DNA from: Nitrosomonas sp.
GTDB lineage: Bacteria; Pseudomonadota; Gammaproteobacteria; Burkholderiales; Nitrosomonadaceae
Length of the DNA stretch: 64,000 nucleotides
Assembly (NCBI GenBank): GCA_008015565.1
Contig: SSFV01000009.1
Location: 2,916-66,915 of the forward strand
Direction of reading: 5' to 3'
The position numbers and the translations under genes are program-made. Positions 19,450 through 28,311 of the stretch are shown here, piece by piece. Each line of letters starts with the position of its first letter. The stretch's first letter is position 1. The notes under the pieces are model-generated. The model worked only from the letters and a program-made list of their open reading frames with translations. It did no database searches and had not been told where the DNA came from.

Positions 19450-21827
19450 TATTTATTCAGACTAGCGAGATAGAGCCATGTTTCCATTACCGAGTCGGGA
19501 TTGAGCGATAAGCTGCTGATGCCTTGTTCGTAAAGCCAGGCCGCAAAATCCGGATAGTCCGAAGGCCCCTGTCCGCAAATTCCAATATATTTTCCTTGTT
19601 TGTGACAGGCGTCGATGGCCATTTTAAGCAACTTCTTGACAGCGGGATTACGCTCGTCGAATAGGTGTGCAACTAAAGCAGAGTCTCGATCGATACCAAG
19701 CGATAGTTGAGTCATATCATTGGAACCGATGGAGAAGCCATCAAAATACTGTAAAAATTCTTCAGCGAGTAAAGCATTACATGGGATCTCGCACATCATG
19801 ATTACACGTAAACCGTTTTTGCCACGCTCCAGCCCATACGATGCAAGCAGTGCTACGACTTGCTCGGCTTCTTCGATTGTTCGGCAGAATGGCAGCATAA
19901 TCTCAACATTGTTCAAGCCCATGTTATCGCGTACATTGTGCAGTGCTCTGCATTCAAGTTCAAAACAATCGCGGAAAGCAGTCGATAAGTAGCGCGATAC
20001 GCCGCGAAACCCGATCATTGGGTTTTCCTCATCGGGTTCATAACGGCTTCCACCGATCAAATTGGCGTATTCATTTGATTTGAAATCGGATGTCCGTACG
20101 ATTACAGGATTGGGATAGAATGCTGCCGCAAGCGTTGAGATGCCTTCGGTTAGCTTCTCGACGTAGAAACTGATTGGATCTTCATAACCTGCGATCCGTC
20201 TGCTGATCTGATTTTTTAAGTCATTGGGCAAGCTATTGAATTGCAGCAGTGCCATAGGGTGAATGCCAATCATATTGTTGATGATGAATTCCAGACGCGC
20301 AAGACCGATGCCATGATTAGGCGTGCCGGAAAACGAAAAAGCGTGCGACGGATTGCCGACATTCATCATGATTTTAATAGGTAAATCAGGGAGATTGCCG
20401 GTCTCGGCGGTAATATGTTCAAAAGGCAGCAAACCTTCATATATAAATCCGGTATCGCCTTCAGCGCAGGAAACTGTCACTTCTGAATTGTCTCTGATGA
20501 GCATGGTTGCATCGCCGCAACCGACAACGGCGGGAATACCCATTTCCCTTGCGATGATGGCGGCATGGCAAGTCCGTCCCCCGCGATTGGTAACAATCGC
20601 GGCGGCACGTTTCATAATAGGCTCCCAATCCGGATCGGTCATGTCGGTTACCAGCACATCGCCTGACTGAATTTTGTGCATTTGCTCAATACTCATGATT
20701 ATGCGCGCTGTTCCCCGGCCAATCTTATTTCCGATGGCACGCCCCTCAATTAATATTTTTCCTTTGTTATTGAGTTTGTAGCGCTCCATTACCGTTTTTG
20801 TACGGCTTTCCACAGTTTCCGGACGTGCTTGCACGATATAAAGTTGTCCATCCCGGCCATCCAGCGCCCATTCGATATCCATGGGACGGCCGTAATGTTG
20901 CTCAATGATGAGGGCTTGCTGTGCCAGCATCTCAACCTGCTCATTCGTCAAGGAAAAACGCATGCGCCGCTTAGTGTCGACATCACGTGTAATTGTGGAT
21001 CCGCTCATGTCTTTTTTGCTATCGGCGTAGATCATTTCGATAGCCTTAGTGCCTAACCGGCGCGACAAAATTGCATGTTTTCCCGCTCCCAATCCACGCT
21101 TATAAACATAGAATTCATCGGGGTTGACAATTCCTTGTACAATGGTTTCACCCAGGCCGTATGCAGAAGTTATGAAAATGGCATCGCGAAAACCCGATTC
21201 AGTATCCAGTGTAAACATGACGCCGCTGGCGCCAAGATCGCTGCGCACCATTTTCTGTATTCCTGCTGACAAATAGACTTTGTCGTGCGGAAATTTTTGA
21301 TGAACGCGATAAGCGATGGCGCGATCATTATAAAGCGAGGCAAAAACCACTTTGATTGCTGCAATGATCTGATCGATTCCGCGTACATTTAACAATGTTT
21401 CCTGCTGACCAGCAAATGAAGCATCTGCGAGATCCTCAGCGGTGGCTGAGGAACGCACTGCAAATGAAACTTCTTCAGATGTATGGTCATTGGCCACAAG
21501 CTGTTCATACGCATGCGCAATTGCATTTAAGATAACGTCCGGCAATGTAGCATTAAGAATCCATTCCCGTATAGTCTGGCCCGTTACAGTCAATGCATTG
21601 ATATCGTTGACATTCAGCTTATTTAATAATTGGTTGATGCGATCGGTCAGGCCGTTGCTGGCCAAGAAATCCCGGTATGCTTTTGTCGTGGTTGCAAAAC
21701 CCGTTGGTACTTTGACACCAGCTCTGGAAAGATGACTGATCATTTCTCCCAGCGAAGCGTTTTTCCCGCCAACAAGGTTGATATCATCCATAGTCAATTG
21801 ATCCAACCAGGCTATGTATTCAGTCAT
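19449..21827 (-). CDS. ppsA: Phosphoenolpyruvate synthase
   Basis: VGGKNASLGEM, AVRSSATAED...SFAGQQET, phospho-His GGRTCHAAIIARE, FSIGSNDMTQ, GICGQGPSD. RBS GCAGGAG before ATG 21827. Confidence 0.97.
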   Translation of the reverse strand: MTEYIAWLDQLTMDDINLVGGKNASLGEMISHLSRAGVKVPTGFATTTKAYRDFLASNGLTDRINQLLNKLNVNDINALTVTGQTIREWILNATLPDVILNAIAHAYEQLVANDHTSEEVSFAVRSSATAEDLADASFAGQQETLLNVRGIDQIIAAIKVVFASLYNDRAIAYRVHQKFPHDKVYLSAGIQKMVRSDLGASGVMFTLDTESGFRDAIFITSAYGLGETIVQGIVNPDEFYVYKRGLGAGKHAILSRRLGTKAIEMIYADSKKDMSGSTITRDVDTKRRMRFSLTNEQVEMLAQQALIIEQHYGRPMDIEWALDGRDGQLYIVQARPETVESRTKTVMERYKLNNKGKILIEGRAIGNKIGRGTARIIMSIEQMHKIQSGDVLVTDMTDPDWEPIMKRAAAIVTNRGGRTCHAAIIAREMGIPAVVGCGDATMLIRDNSEVTVSCAEGDTGFIYEGLLPFEHITAETGNLPDLPIKIMMNVGNPSHAFSFSGTPNHGIGLARLEFIINNMIGIHPMALLQFNSLPNDLKNQISRRIAGYEDPISFYVEKLTEGISTLAAAFYPNPVIVRTSDFKSNEYANLIGGSRYEPDEENPMIGFRGVSRYLSTAFRDCFELECRALHNVRDNMGLNNVEIMLPFCRTIEEAEQVVALLASYGLERGKNGLRVIMMCEIPCNALLAEEFLQYFDGFSIGSNDMTQLSLGIDRDSALVAHLFDERNPAVKKLLKMAIDACHKQGKYIGICGQGPSDYPDFAAWLYEQGISSLSLNPDSVMETWLYLASLNK

Positions 21828-22012
21828 CGAAAACTCCTGCAAACTTAAATTTTGTCTTATTATAGCGCCCGGTTATAAGAATTACTGATGAAGATTCGTA
21901 ATTTTAAACTCGAAAAAATGGTGACGCATAATCGGAAAAGCAAAGCCTGCGAGTTTGTGCCGGTTGCGACGAATTTCGCATTGCATACAAAGAATACATT
22001 TTGCTTGAGTTT

Positions 22013-23371
22013 TTAGAATGGCAAGATGAAATCCAAGGAAAATAAAATTTGATCCTTGTTGCCGTCAAATGGCCGGTAGGAGGCTGCTTTGTAGGCATCT
22101 ACCCTATCGTAACGGATATTCGGGCGAATATTGAGCTTCTTCAAATAATCCCACTTCAGTTTGAGTGTCTTGGCTATTTTCCAGTTCATGCCTAATGTCA
22201 GGGCATAATAATCTGCCGGCGTAATGGTGACACTGCTAAGATTGCCTGCATAGCTCACAGCTGAGCCATTAACGTCCTGAGTTGCCGCAGCTATCCGGAA
22301 AGGGGAGGGGTTACGGAAACCATCTTCATCGCGATACCATTCGCCGCGAATACCAACTGACAGATTCTCCGTTAGATCATAGTACAAATGAGCTATGGCA
22401 CTGAACCACTCGGCATCCTTAATGGTATTCGTATATTTTAAATTATTCAGCAAAACGCCGCCGGCATGGCCATATACTTGATGCAAAACAAGAAGCATTT
22501 TTGAAGTGATTCGATGTTTCAATACTATGTTATAGAATCCCCAAGGCTCATTACTTCGTGCTGAGGTGTTACCGTAAGTGCCAGAAATGTGGAAAGATGT
22601 CGCGCGATTGTCACTGGTCCAGGTGAAACCGGCGAGCGCATTCCAGTTTTCAAGTTGTTTATCCCATCCTGCATCCCACCCACCTGTGGCGCTGCCGGTT
22701 ATAGGGCCTGCCAACAGCATCCAATTTTTATTAACAGTATAGTTGGCGAGTAATCCTGTATGCGTAAAGGGCTCCCCGACGTTTAAGGTATAAGCGCGGG
22801 TGTAAAAGAAATTATCAGGTGCTGGTACGGTTTCAAAGCCGGTGGGGGTATAGAAGTGCCCTGCCTTGATATTGAGACCACCTCCTAAAGGTAAATACGT
22901 TTCCAGATAAGCTTGTGGCAGCGCAATGCCGTAGGTTTTCGAAGAAGCGCAACATAAATCGAGATCCCAGTTGCTTCTTTTTAAAGGCTCTCCGGAATTG
23001 ACATCATAAGCTGGAACGCCAAATGCCTGCGTAAATATCGAGTCTGTTCCAAACATAAAATCGAAACGCCCCCCAAGGTCCCACTTTCTGCCTTCCGAAG
23101 CAACCGGGCGCCGCATAAACAGATTTAATTGATTCAATTGAAACTGGTTGGCTTGATCAGCAAAGATGACTGGACCATTAAATCCGCTAGTCTGGCTAGG
23201 GTTGAAAGTTGCTCCTCCGTGAATCCAGCCGCCGAAATCTAATTTGCTAGTATGAAGAAATTTTCTAAAATTGTTGGCATACGAGTCATCGGACGGTATT
23301 GCTATAAAAATCAGAATGCTGCCAGTGATGGCCGATAACAGCCATCCTATGAATTTTAAAATGTAGTGCAT
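22013..23371 (-). CDS. Outer-membrane beta-barrel porin, BBP2/OmpL-like family (copy A)
   Basis: Signal peptide; QLNQLNLF, RFDFMFGTD, LPQAYLE, IKAGHFYTPTGFE...DNFFYTRAY...EPFTHTG; NIRPNIRYD; C-terminal Phe. Confidence 0.8.
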   Translation of the reverse strand: MHYILKFIGWLLSAITGSILIFIAIPSDDSYANNFRKFLHTSKLDFGGWIHGGATFNPSQTSGFNGPVIFADQANQFQLNQLNLFMRRPVASEGRKWDLGGRFDFMFGTDSIFTQAFGVPAYDVNSGEPLKRSNWDLDLCCASSKTYGIALPQAYLETYLPLGGGLNIKAGHFYTPTGFETVPAPDNFFYTRAYTLNVGEPFTHTGLLANYTVNKNWMLLAGPITGSATGGWDAGWDKQLENWNALAGFTWTSDNRATSFHISGTYGNTSARSNEPWGFYNIVLKHRITSKMLLVLHQVYGHAGGVLLNNLKYTNTIKDAEWFSAIAHLYYDLTENLSVGIRGEWYRDEDGFRNPSPFRIAAATQDVNGSAVSYAGNLSSVTITPADYYALTLGMNWKIAKTLKLKWDYLKKLNIRPNIRYDRVDAYKAASYRPFDGNKDQILFSLDFILPF

Positions 23372-23693
23372 TAAGAGGTTTAGAATGATTGGGAAAGAAA
23401 AATATAATCGCTGGCCTGCACGGGATTTGAGCGTGTGAGGTACTTCATTTTAATGATAGAGTGATTTAGTAAGAAAAATATGTGAATGCAATTATAAACA
23501 CTTTAACGAATAATTCCAATTATCGCTTTTTAATCAAGGCACAACGCAAAAAAATTAACTTTAATTCCAGCTTAAGCGTACTAATCCATATTGCAAGATT
23601 AATAGCATTAACATTCAGTATTTTTCATTTCTTCAATGAAAATTTGCACTTACCATAAATGGCTTAGATATCTTAATCTTACCTGCAAAATGG

Positions 23694-23738
23694 TTAATGG
23701 TTTCTATTAGTGAAAAACAATGGTTTCCCCAATGTACG
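23694..23738 (+). promoter_or_regulatory. Conserved 45-bp upstream element, copy 1
   Basis: TTAATGGTTTCTATTAGTGAAAAACAATGGTTTCCCCAATGTACG; 35/45 ungapped identity (hand count) to the reverse complement of 26476-26520; ends 60 bp before ATG 23798. Confidence 0.75.
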
Positions 23739-23797
23739 GATGATGTTGATCAAATTAAGATGGCACCATTCGATGAAATGTTTGGAGGATATTCATC

Positions 23798-24217
23798 ATG
23801 AGAACACTAAAATTATTAATTTCGCTGTTTGCGCTGACTATGTTGGTTGCTTGCGCTCAAATGAATTCATCGTTAGTTGCGCCAACCGGAATTGCTAATA
23901 ATGATCATAGAGCATTGATAAAGCATTATGAAGGCTTAGCTAGGGAAGCAAAAATTAAATTAGAGGAAAATAAAGCGATACTTGAAGCTTATGAAGCACG
24001 GCCATATTACTATGGCAGGCAAGGTTTGGATTTGCAATCGCACGCTTCAGCCAATATTCGTGAGCATACAAGAACTTTGAAACAAAGTCTTGAGTTTGCA
24101 AATCTACATCGAAGATTAGCTATGGAGCAACAAAAGAAATTAAATCAAACGGCTGATGCTAATGATCGTAATCTAACCGTCGAAAACTCGGAGTATTTTG
24201 ATAACAAAGGGCTTTAG
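23798..24217 (+). CDS. Uncharacterised helical lipoprotein (paralog 1 of a DH...YYYGRQG...SH...LH family)
   Basis: Lipobox LVAC; RBS GGAGG; clear paralogy to 26033-26419 and 26737-27117. Confidence 0.85.
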   Translation: MRTLKLLISLFALTMLVACAQMNSSLVAPTGIANNDHRALIKHYEGLAREAKIKLEENKAILEAYEARPYYYGRQGLDLQSHASANIREHTRTLKQSLEFANLHRRLAMEQQKKLNQTADANDRNLTVENSEYFDNKGL

Positions 24218-24236
24218 TGATAAGGCAGCAGGTACA

Positions 24237-24269
24237 CTGGCATTCACTGATTTTTTCAGTGAATGCCAG
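24237..24269. terminator. Bidirectional terminator between lipoprotein and porin B
   Basis: Perfect 14-bp stem CTGGCATTCACTGA-TTTTT-TCAGTGAATGCCAG between convergent genes. Confidence 0.7.
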
Positions 24270-24287
24270 ATGTATGTCAGTTTTTCA

Positions 24288-25637
24288 TTAAAAGGGCAAT
24301 ATAAAATCCAAGGAAAATAAAATTTGATCCTTATTGCCGGCGAATGGTCTATATGCAGCCGCTTGATAAGCATCTACTCTGTCATAACGTATATTGGGTC
24401 GAATGGTTAGTTTCTTGAGCGAGTCCCATTGGAGCTTTAAAGTTTTTGCCGCTTTCCAATTTAAACCAACAGTCGCTGCGTAATAATCTGCCGGAGTAAT
24501 CGTAACGCTACTAAGATTGCCTGCGTAACTGACCGGTACCCCGTTAACGACATTTGTGGCTGCTGCGATTCGGAATGGTGATGGATTGCGAAAGCCATCT
24601 CTATCTCGAAACCATTCTCCGCGCACACCTACTGATACATTTTGCGTAAGATCGTAATATAAATGTGTGACGAAGCCCATCCATTCGGCATCTTTGATAA
24701 CATTGGTGTATTTCAGATTATTCAATAAAACACCATCAGCAAAACCGTGTACATGGTGTAAAACTAACAGGGTTTTCGGATTAAATTTATGTTGAAACAC
24801 AATGTTATACATTGCCCATATCCCACTGTTCCGGGTTGAGATTTCCCCATAGGTGCCGGTAACGTTGAGCGAGGTTGCATGATTGTCGCTGGTCCAAGTG
24901 ATACCGCCAACACCGCCCCAATTACCTAGCTGCCTGTCCCATCCACCATCCCAGCCGCCGGTAGCGCTTCCTGTGACGGCACTCCCGGATACTGACCAGT
25001 TCTTGTTAATCACGTAATTTGCCTGTAAGCCGGTGTGCGTGAATGGCTCGCCTGCATTAAATGAATAAGCGCGTGTGTAGAAAAAGTTATCCGGTGCCGG
25101 AATTGTTTCAAAACCTGTGGGAGAATAAAAATGTCCGATTTTGATATTTAATCCGTTCTTTCCAACCGGAACGTGAGCTTCTAAGAAAGCTTGTGGTAAT
25201 GCAATGCCATAAGTGCGAGAGGATGAGCAGCATATATTAAGATCCCAATTGTTTCTATTCAGTACCTCGCCTGAATTTACATCAAAAGTTGGTACACCAA
25301 ACGCTTGTGTAAAAATGGCATCTGTTCCAAACAAAAAATCAAAACGTCCACCAAAATCCCATTTATTAGTTTCTGAAATAACCGGGCGTTGCAGGAATAA
25401 ATTAAGTTGATTTAACTGGAAACGATTGGCCTGATCGGCGAAAGCAACTGGTCCATTAAAGCCATTGGTTTGGCTCGGGTTAAAAGTTGCGCCACCGTGA
25501 ATCCAGCCACCGAATTCTAATCTGCTGTCTTTCGCAAAATTTTTTAGAGTATTAGCATGAAGTGTGCCGGAAGCTCCGGCAAAGAAAAGAAGTGAATAGA
25601 AAATTGTTCCAAATAACAGCCATTTCGAGGAATTCAT
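24288..25637 (-). CDS. Outer-membrane beta-barrel porin, BBP2/OmpL-like family (copy B)
   Basis: Long identical stretches with copy A (GGWIHGGATFNPSQT, GFRNPSPFRIAAAT, NKDQILFSLDFILPF); signal peptide ending TLHA. Confidence 0.8.
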   Translation of the reverse strand: MNSSKWLLFGTIFYSLLFFAGASGTLHANTLKNFAKDSRLEFGGWIHGGATFNPSQTNGFNGPVAFADQANRFQLNQLNLFLQRPVISETNKWDFGGRFDFLFGTDAIFTQAFGVPTFDVNSGEVLNRNNWDLNICCSSSRTYGIALPQAFLEAHVPVGKNGLNIKIGHFYSPTGFETIPAPDNFFYTRAYSFNAGEPFTHTGLQANYVINKNWSVSGSAVTGSATGGWDGGWDRQLGNWGGVGGITWTSDNHATSLNVTGTYGEISTRNSGIWAMYNIVFQHKFNPKTLLVLHHVHGFADGVLLNNLKYTNVIKDAEWMGFVTHLYYDLTQNVSVGVRGEWFRDRDGFRNPSPFRIAAATNVVNGVPVSYAGNLSSVTITPADYYAATVGLNWKAAKTLKLQWDSLKKLTIRPNIRYDRVDAYQAAAYRPFAGNKDQILFSLDFILPF

Positions 25638-25981
25638 TTATCAATGACAAGTAAAAAATGTGTTGAGTATTTATAAATCAAATGCCAATATAAACTGTCG
25701 CGTTATGTGTAAATCATAGTCTACCAAGTAATTGTGCGATGTCATCGCTTTAATTTTTGTTGCATTAAGACATTATCTTTTTTGTACAACTTGTTCATAT
25801 CCATTATTTTCTTTTTATTAGTTCGTACGGTACAACATCTTATTTGGTTTTGAAATGCATTTCATTTTAATGAATAGCAGAACAAATATCATTGTTCCAG
25901 CAGAAATGGAAAGAATGTAATGAGATAGGTGGTGAAATAATAGTAAATCGGAAATTATTTTCTACCTTCGGAAATAAAAAA

Positions 25982-26007
25982 ACAACCACAGGCAAGCCTG
26001 TGGTTGT
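25982..26007 (-). terminator. Rho-independent terminator of paralog 2
   Basis: ACAACCACAGG-CAAG-CCTGTGGTTGT 11-bp stem followed by a T tract on the - strand. Confidence 0.85.
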
Positions 26008-26032
26008 CCGCTTACTACCCTTAAGCGTTTTC

Positions 26033-26419
26033 TTATTGTACTGTCATAGAATTATCCGTAGTAAGTTTGGCTTTATTAATGACATCGCCATTTTGTTGTT
26101 CCATCGCAATGCGCTGATGTAAATTAGCGTTACTTAAACTTTCAGCCAGCAATTTTTCATATTCACGGATATTTGCAGTTGTGTGCGATTTAACATCTTG
26201 GCCCTGACGTCCATAGTAATAGCTATGGTTCTCATATTCTTCTAATACTGCTTTATTTTCTTGTAATTTGGATTTTGCTTCTTTGGCCAGAACTTCGTAG
26301 TGTTTTGCTAAAGCGGCATGATCGTTATCATCAATCCCGTCAACTTCTACTGCAAATGCTGAAGAAACAATTAGACTTAGTGCGAAAGCTAAAGCTACTA
26401 GAATTGCTGATTTTTTCAT
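26033..26419 (-). CDS. Uncharacterised periplasmic helical protein (paralog 2)
   Basis: Sec signal ending SAFA; NDHAALAKHYE...YYYGRQG...SHTTANIRE...LH. Confidence 0.88.
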   Translation of the reverse strand: MKKSAILVALAFALSLIVSSAFAVEVDGIDDNDHAALAKHYEVLAKEAKSKLQENKAVLEEYENHSYYYGRQGQDVKSHTTANIREYEKLLAESLSNANLHQRIAMEQQNGDVINKAKLTTDNSMTVQ

Positions 26420-26475
26420 GATTACTTTCTCCGGGTAATAAATTATGTTGACATATTAATTCGCTCAGCATCTTT

Positions 26476-26520
26476 AGTATATTGGGGAAACCCTGGTTTT
26501 CTTCTAAGGGAAACCATTAG
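26476..26520 (-). promoter_or_regulatory. Conserved 45-bp upstream element, copy 2
   Basis: + strand AGTATATTGGGGAAACCCTGGTTTTCTTCTAAGGGAAACCATTAG, 57 bp from ATG 26419; ends in TATACT on the coding strand. Confidence 0.8.
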
Positions 26521-26690
26521 ATGCTAAGTGCTTGGTTTAGATGCGTGAAAAAGATGTTTTCGAAGTTCGAGAATTTAATGATTGATGATAATTCTTGCTT
26601 TGCATTGAATGCAAAAATGGAGAGAAGCAGGCGTTTTAATTTGCTGGAAATAGCATAATCAGGGGTTTGATGTTAAGTCCAAATAAAAAA

Positions 26691-26716
26691 ACAACCACAG
26701 GCAATCCTGTGGTTGT
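26691..26716 (-). terminator. Rho-independent terminator of paralog 3
   Basis: ACAACCACAGG-CAAT-CCTGTGGTTGT plus T tract; same stem as at 25982. Confidence 0.85.
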
Positions 26717-26736
26717 TCGCATACTACCTTCAAGGG

Positions 26737-27117
26737 TTATCTTATTTCCGTGGAATCATCGAAATTTAACTTAGCTTTACTGATTACACTGTTGTTTTGT
26801 TGTTCCAATGCGATTCGATGATGCAAGTCAGCGTTGCTTAAGCTTTCAGCTAACTGTTTTTCGTATTCGCGAATATTTGCAGTTGTATGGGATTTAAGAT
26901 CCTGACCTTGGCGTCCATAATAGTAACTATGATTCTCATATTCTTCCAAAACTGCTTTATTTTCTTGTAACTTGACTTCCGCTTCTTTGGCAAGTAGCTC
27001 ATAGTATTTTGCTAAAGCGGCGTGATCGTTATCATCAATTCCATCCACTGCAAACGCTGAAGTTACTGTCAAGCTCAGTGCTAAGAAGAGAGCTACTAAT
27101 AGTGTTGGTGTTTTCAT
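26737..27117 (-). CDS. Uncharacterised periplasmic helical protein (paralog 3)
   Basis: Sec signal ending SAFA; mature part nearly identical to paralog 2. Confidence 0.88.
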   Translation of the reverse strand: MKTPTLLVALFLALSLTVTSAFAVDGIDDNDHAALAKYYELLAKEAEVKLQENKAVLEEYENHSYYYGRQGQDLKSHTTANIREYEKQLAESLSNADLHHRIALEQQNNSVISKAKLNFDDSTEIR

Positions 27118-27173
27118 GGCAATTTCCTCAAGTGATGAATGAATGGTGCCATAATAATTATGTCAACCTGCTA

Positions 27174-27218
27174 AGTATATTGGGGAAACCCTGGTTTTTT
27201 TATAAGGGAATCCATTAG
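27174..27218 (-). promoter_or_regulatory. Conserved 45-bp upstream element, copy 3
   Basis: + strand AGTATATTGGGGAAACCCTGGTTTTTTTATAAGGGAATCCATTAG; 42/45 identical to copy 2; also 57 bp from its ATG (27117). Confidence 0.8.
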
Positions 27219-27386
27219 TTGATGACGCTTAGCACTTGAAGTTGAATGGGAACCTTGTCTTGAATGTGTGATTATAGTGTCTGCAGGTTGTTAGATAATC
27301 GACGCAATGAAAAACCGGAGTAATCGATATGACAGATGCAATAATCCATAATTGAGCGATCAACTTTATTGCCGGTATCGTCGGAT

Positions 27387-28211
27387 TTATTTCCTGCGCG
27401 ATTTGTGCTCAGTATGATTTCGTGGTTTATTGCTTTTGCGGCCGGACCACATGAGTACAATTATTCCTGCCAAAATCATTGGAATGGACAACCATTGTCC
27501 CATGGTTATTCCTAAAGTCAGTATACCCATAAAGCCTTCTTCAGGTTCCCGGTAAAATTCCGCAATTGAACGTAAAATTCCGTAACTAATCATGAATATG
27601 CCGGTAATTGCACCGGTTGCCCGTGGTTTGGCTGAATACACCCAAAGAATGGTGAATAACACTATACCTTCGAGTACTGCCTGATAGAGTTGAGAAGGGT
27701 GACGAGGGAGTTCGTCGACATATGGAAAAACCATACCCCAAGGCACGTCGGTAGAGCGCCCCCATAATTCCGCATTAATAAAGTTGCCAATACGGCCCGC
27801 ACCTAATCCAGGTGGAATGAGCGGGGAAATGAAATCAGTAACAGTAAGCCATGATATGCGGTATTTACGCGCGAGCAGAACCATTGCGATAAAAACACCA
27901 AGGAATCCGCCATGAAATGACATGCCACCTTCCCAGATTGCAAATATTTTCAGTGGATGCTCCAGATAATATCCAAATTGATAAAATAAGACATGGCCAA
28001 GGCGTCCACCTATTATTACGCCAAACATGCCATAAAACAGAGCATCATCAAGCATTTCATGGGTAAATCCCGATTGTGGATAGTGCTTGATACGATAGCG
28101 TCCGAGCAAAATGAACGCTATAAAACCGAGCAAGTACATCAATCCATACCAGTGAATGGAAAGTGGCCCTACGGATATGGCAACGGGATCAATTTGCGGA
28201 TGGACGAGCAT
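27387..28211 (-). CDS. lgt: Prolipoprotein diacylglyceryl transferase
   Basis: [49 protein letters not shown]. Confidence 0.97.
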   Translation of the reverse strand: MLVHPQIDPVAISVGPLSIHWYGLMYLLGFIAFILLGRYRIKHYPQSGFTHEMLDDALFYGMFGVIIGGRLGHVLFYQFGYYLEHPLKIFAIWEGGMSFHGGFLGVFIAMVLLARKYRISWLTVTDFISPLIPPGLGAGRIGNFINAELWGRSTDVPWGMVFPYVDELPRHPSQLYQAVLEGIVLFTILWVYSAKPRATGAITGIFMISYGILRSIAEFYREPEEGFMGILTLGITMGQWLSIPMILAGIIVLMWSGRKSNKPRNHTEHKSRRK

Positions 28212-28311
28212 AGTTTATGGCCTTATTTACGGTAAAATGGTTGCCATTATACCAAGTGCGACAATGCACGCCGGGATATAAGCCGAATTTTTATTTCACT
28301 CAGGAGTCAGC

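Noticed and set aside
23444-25873. Shared TTCATTTTAATGA 13-mer upstream of both porins (23444 and 25861)
   Set aside because: It is AT-only-rich and sits at very different distances from the starts (73 versus 224 bp), so it is not distinguishable from chance.
26033-27117. Identification of P2/P3 as the known Nitrosomonas small metal-binding protein SmbP
   Set aside because: SmbP as I recall it is far richer in His, with a regular heptad His pattern. P1-P3 have only three invariant His and a YYYGRQG motif that I do not recall in SmbP.
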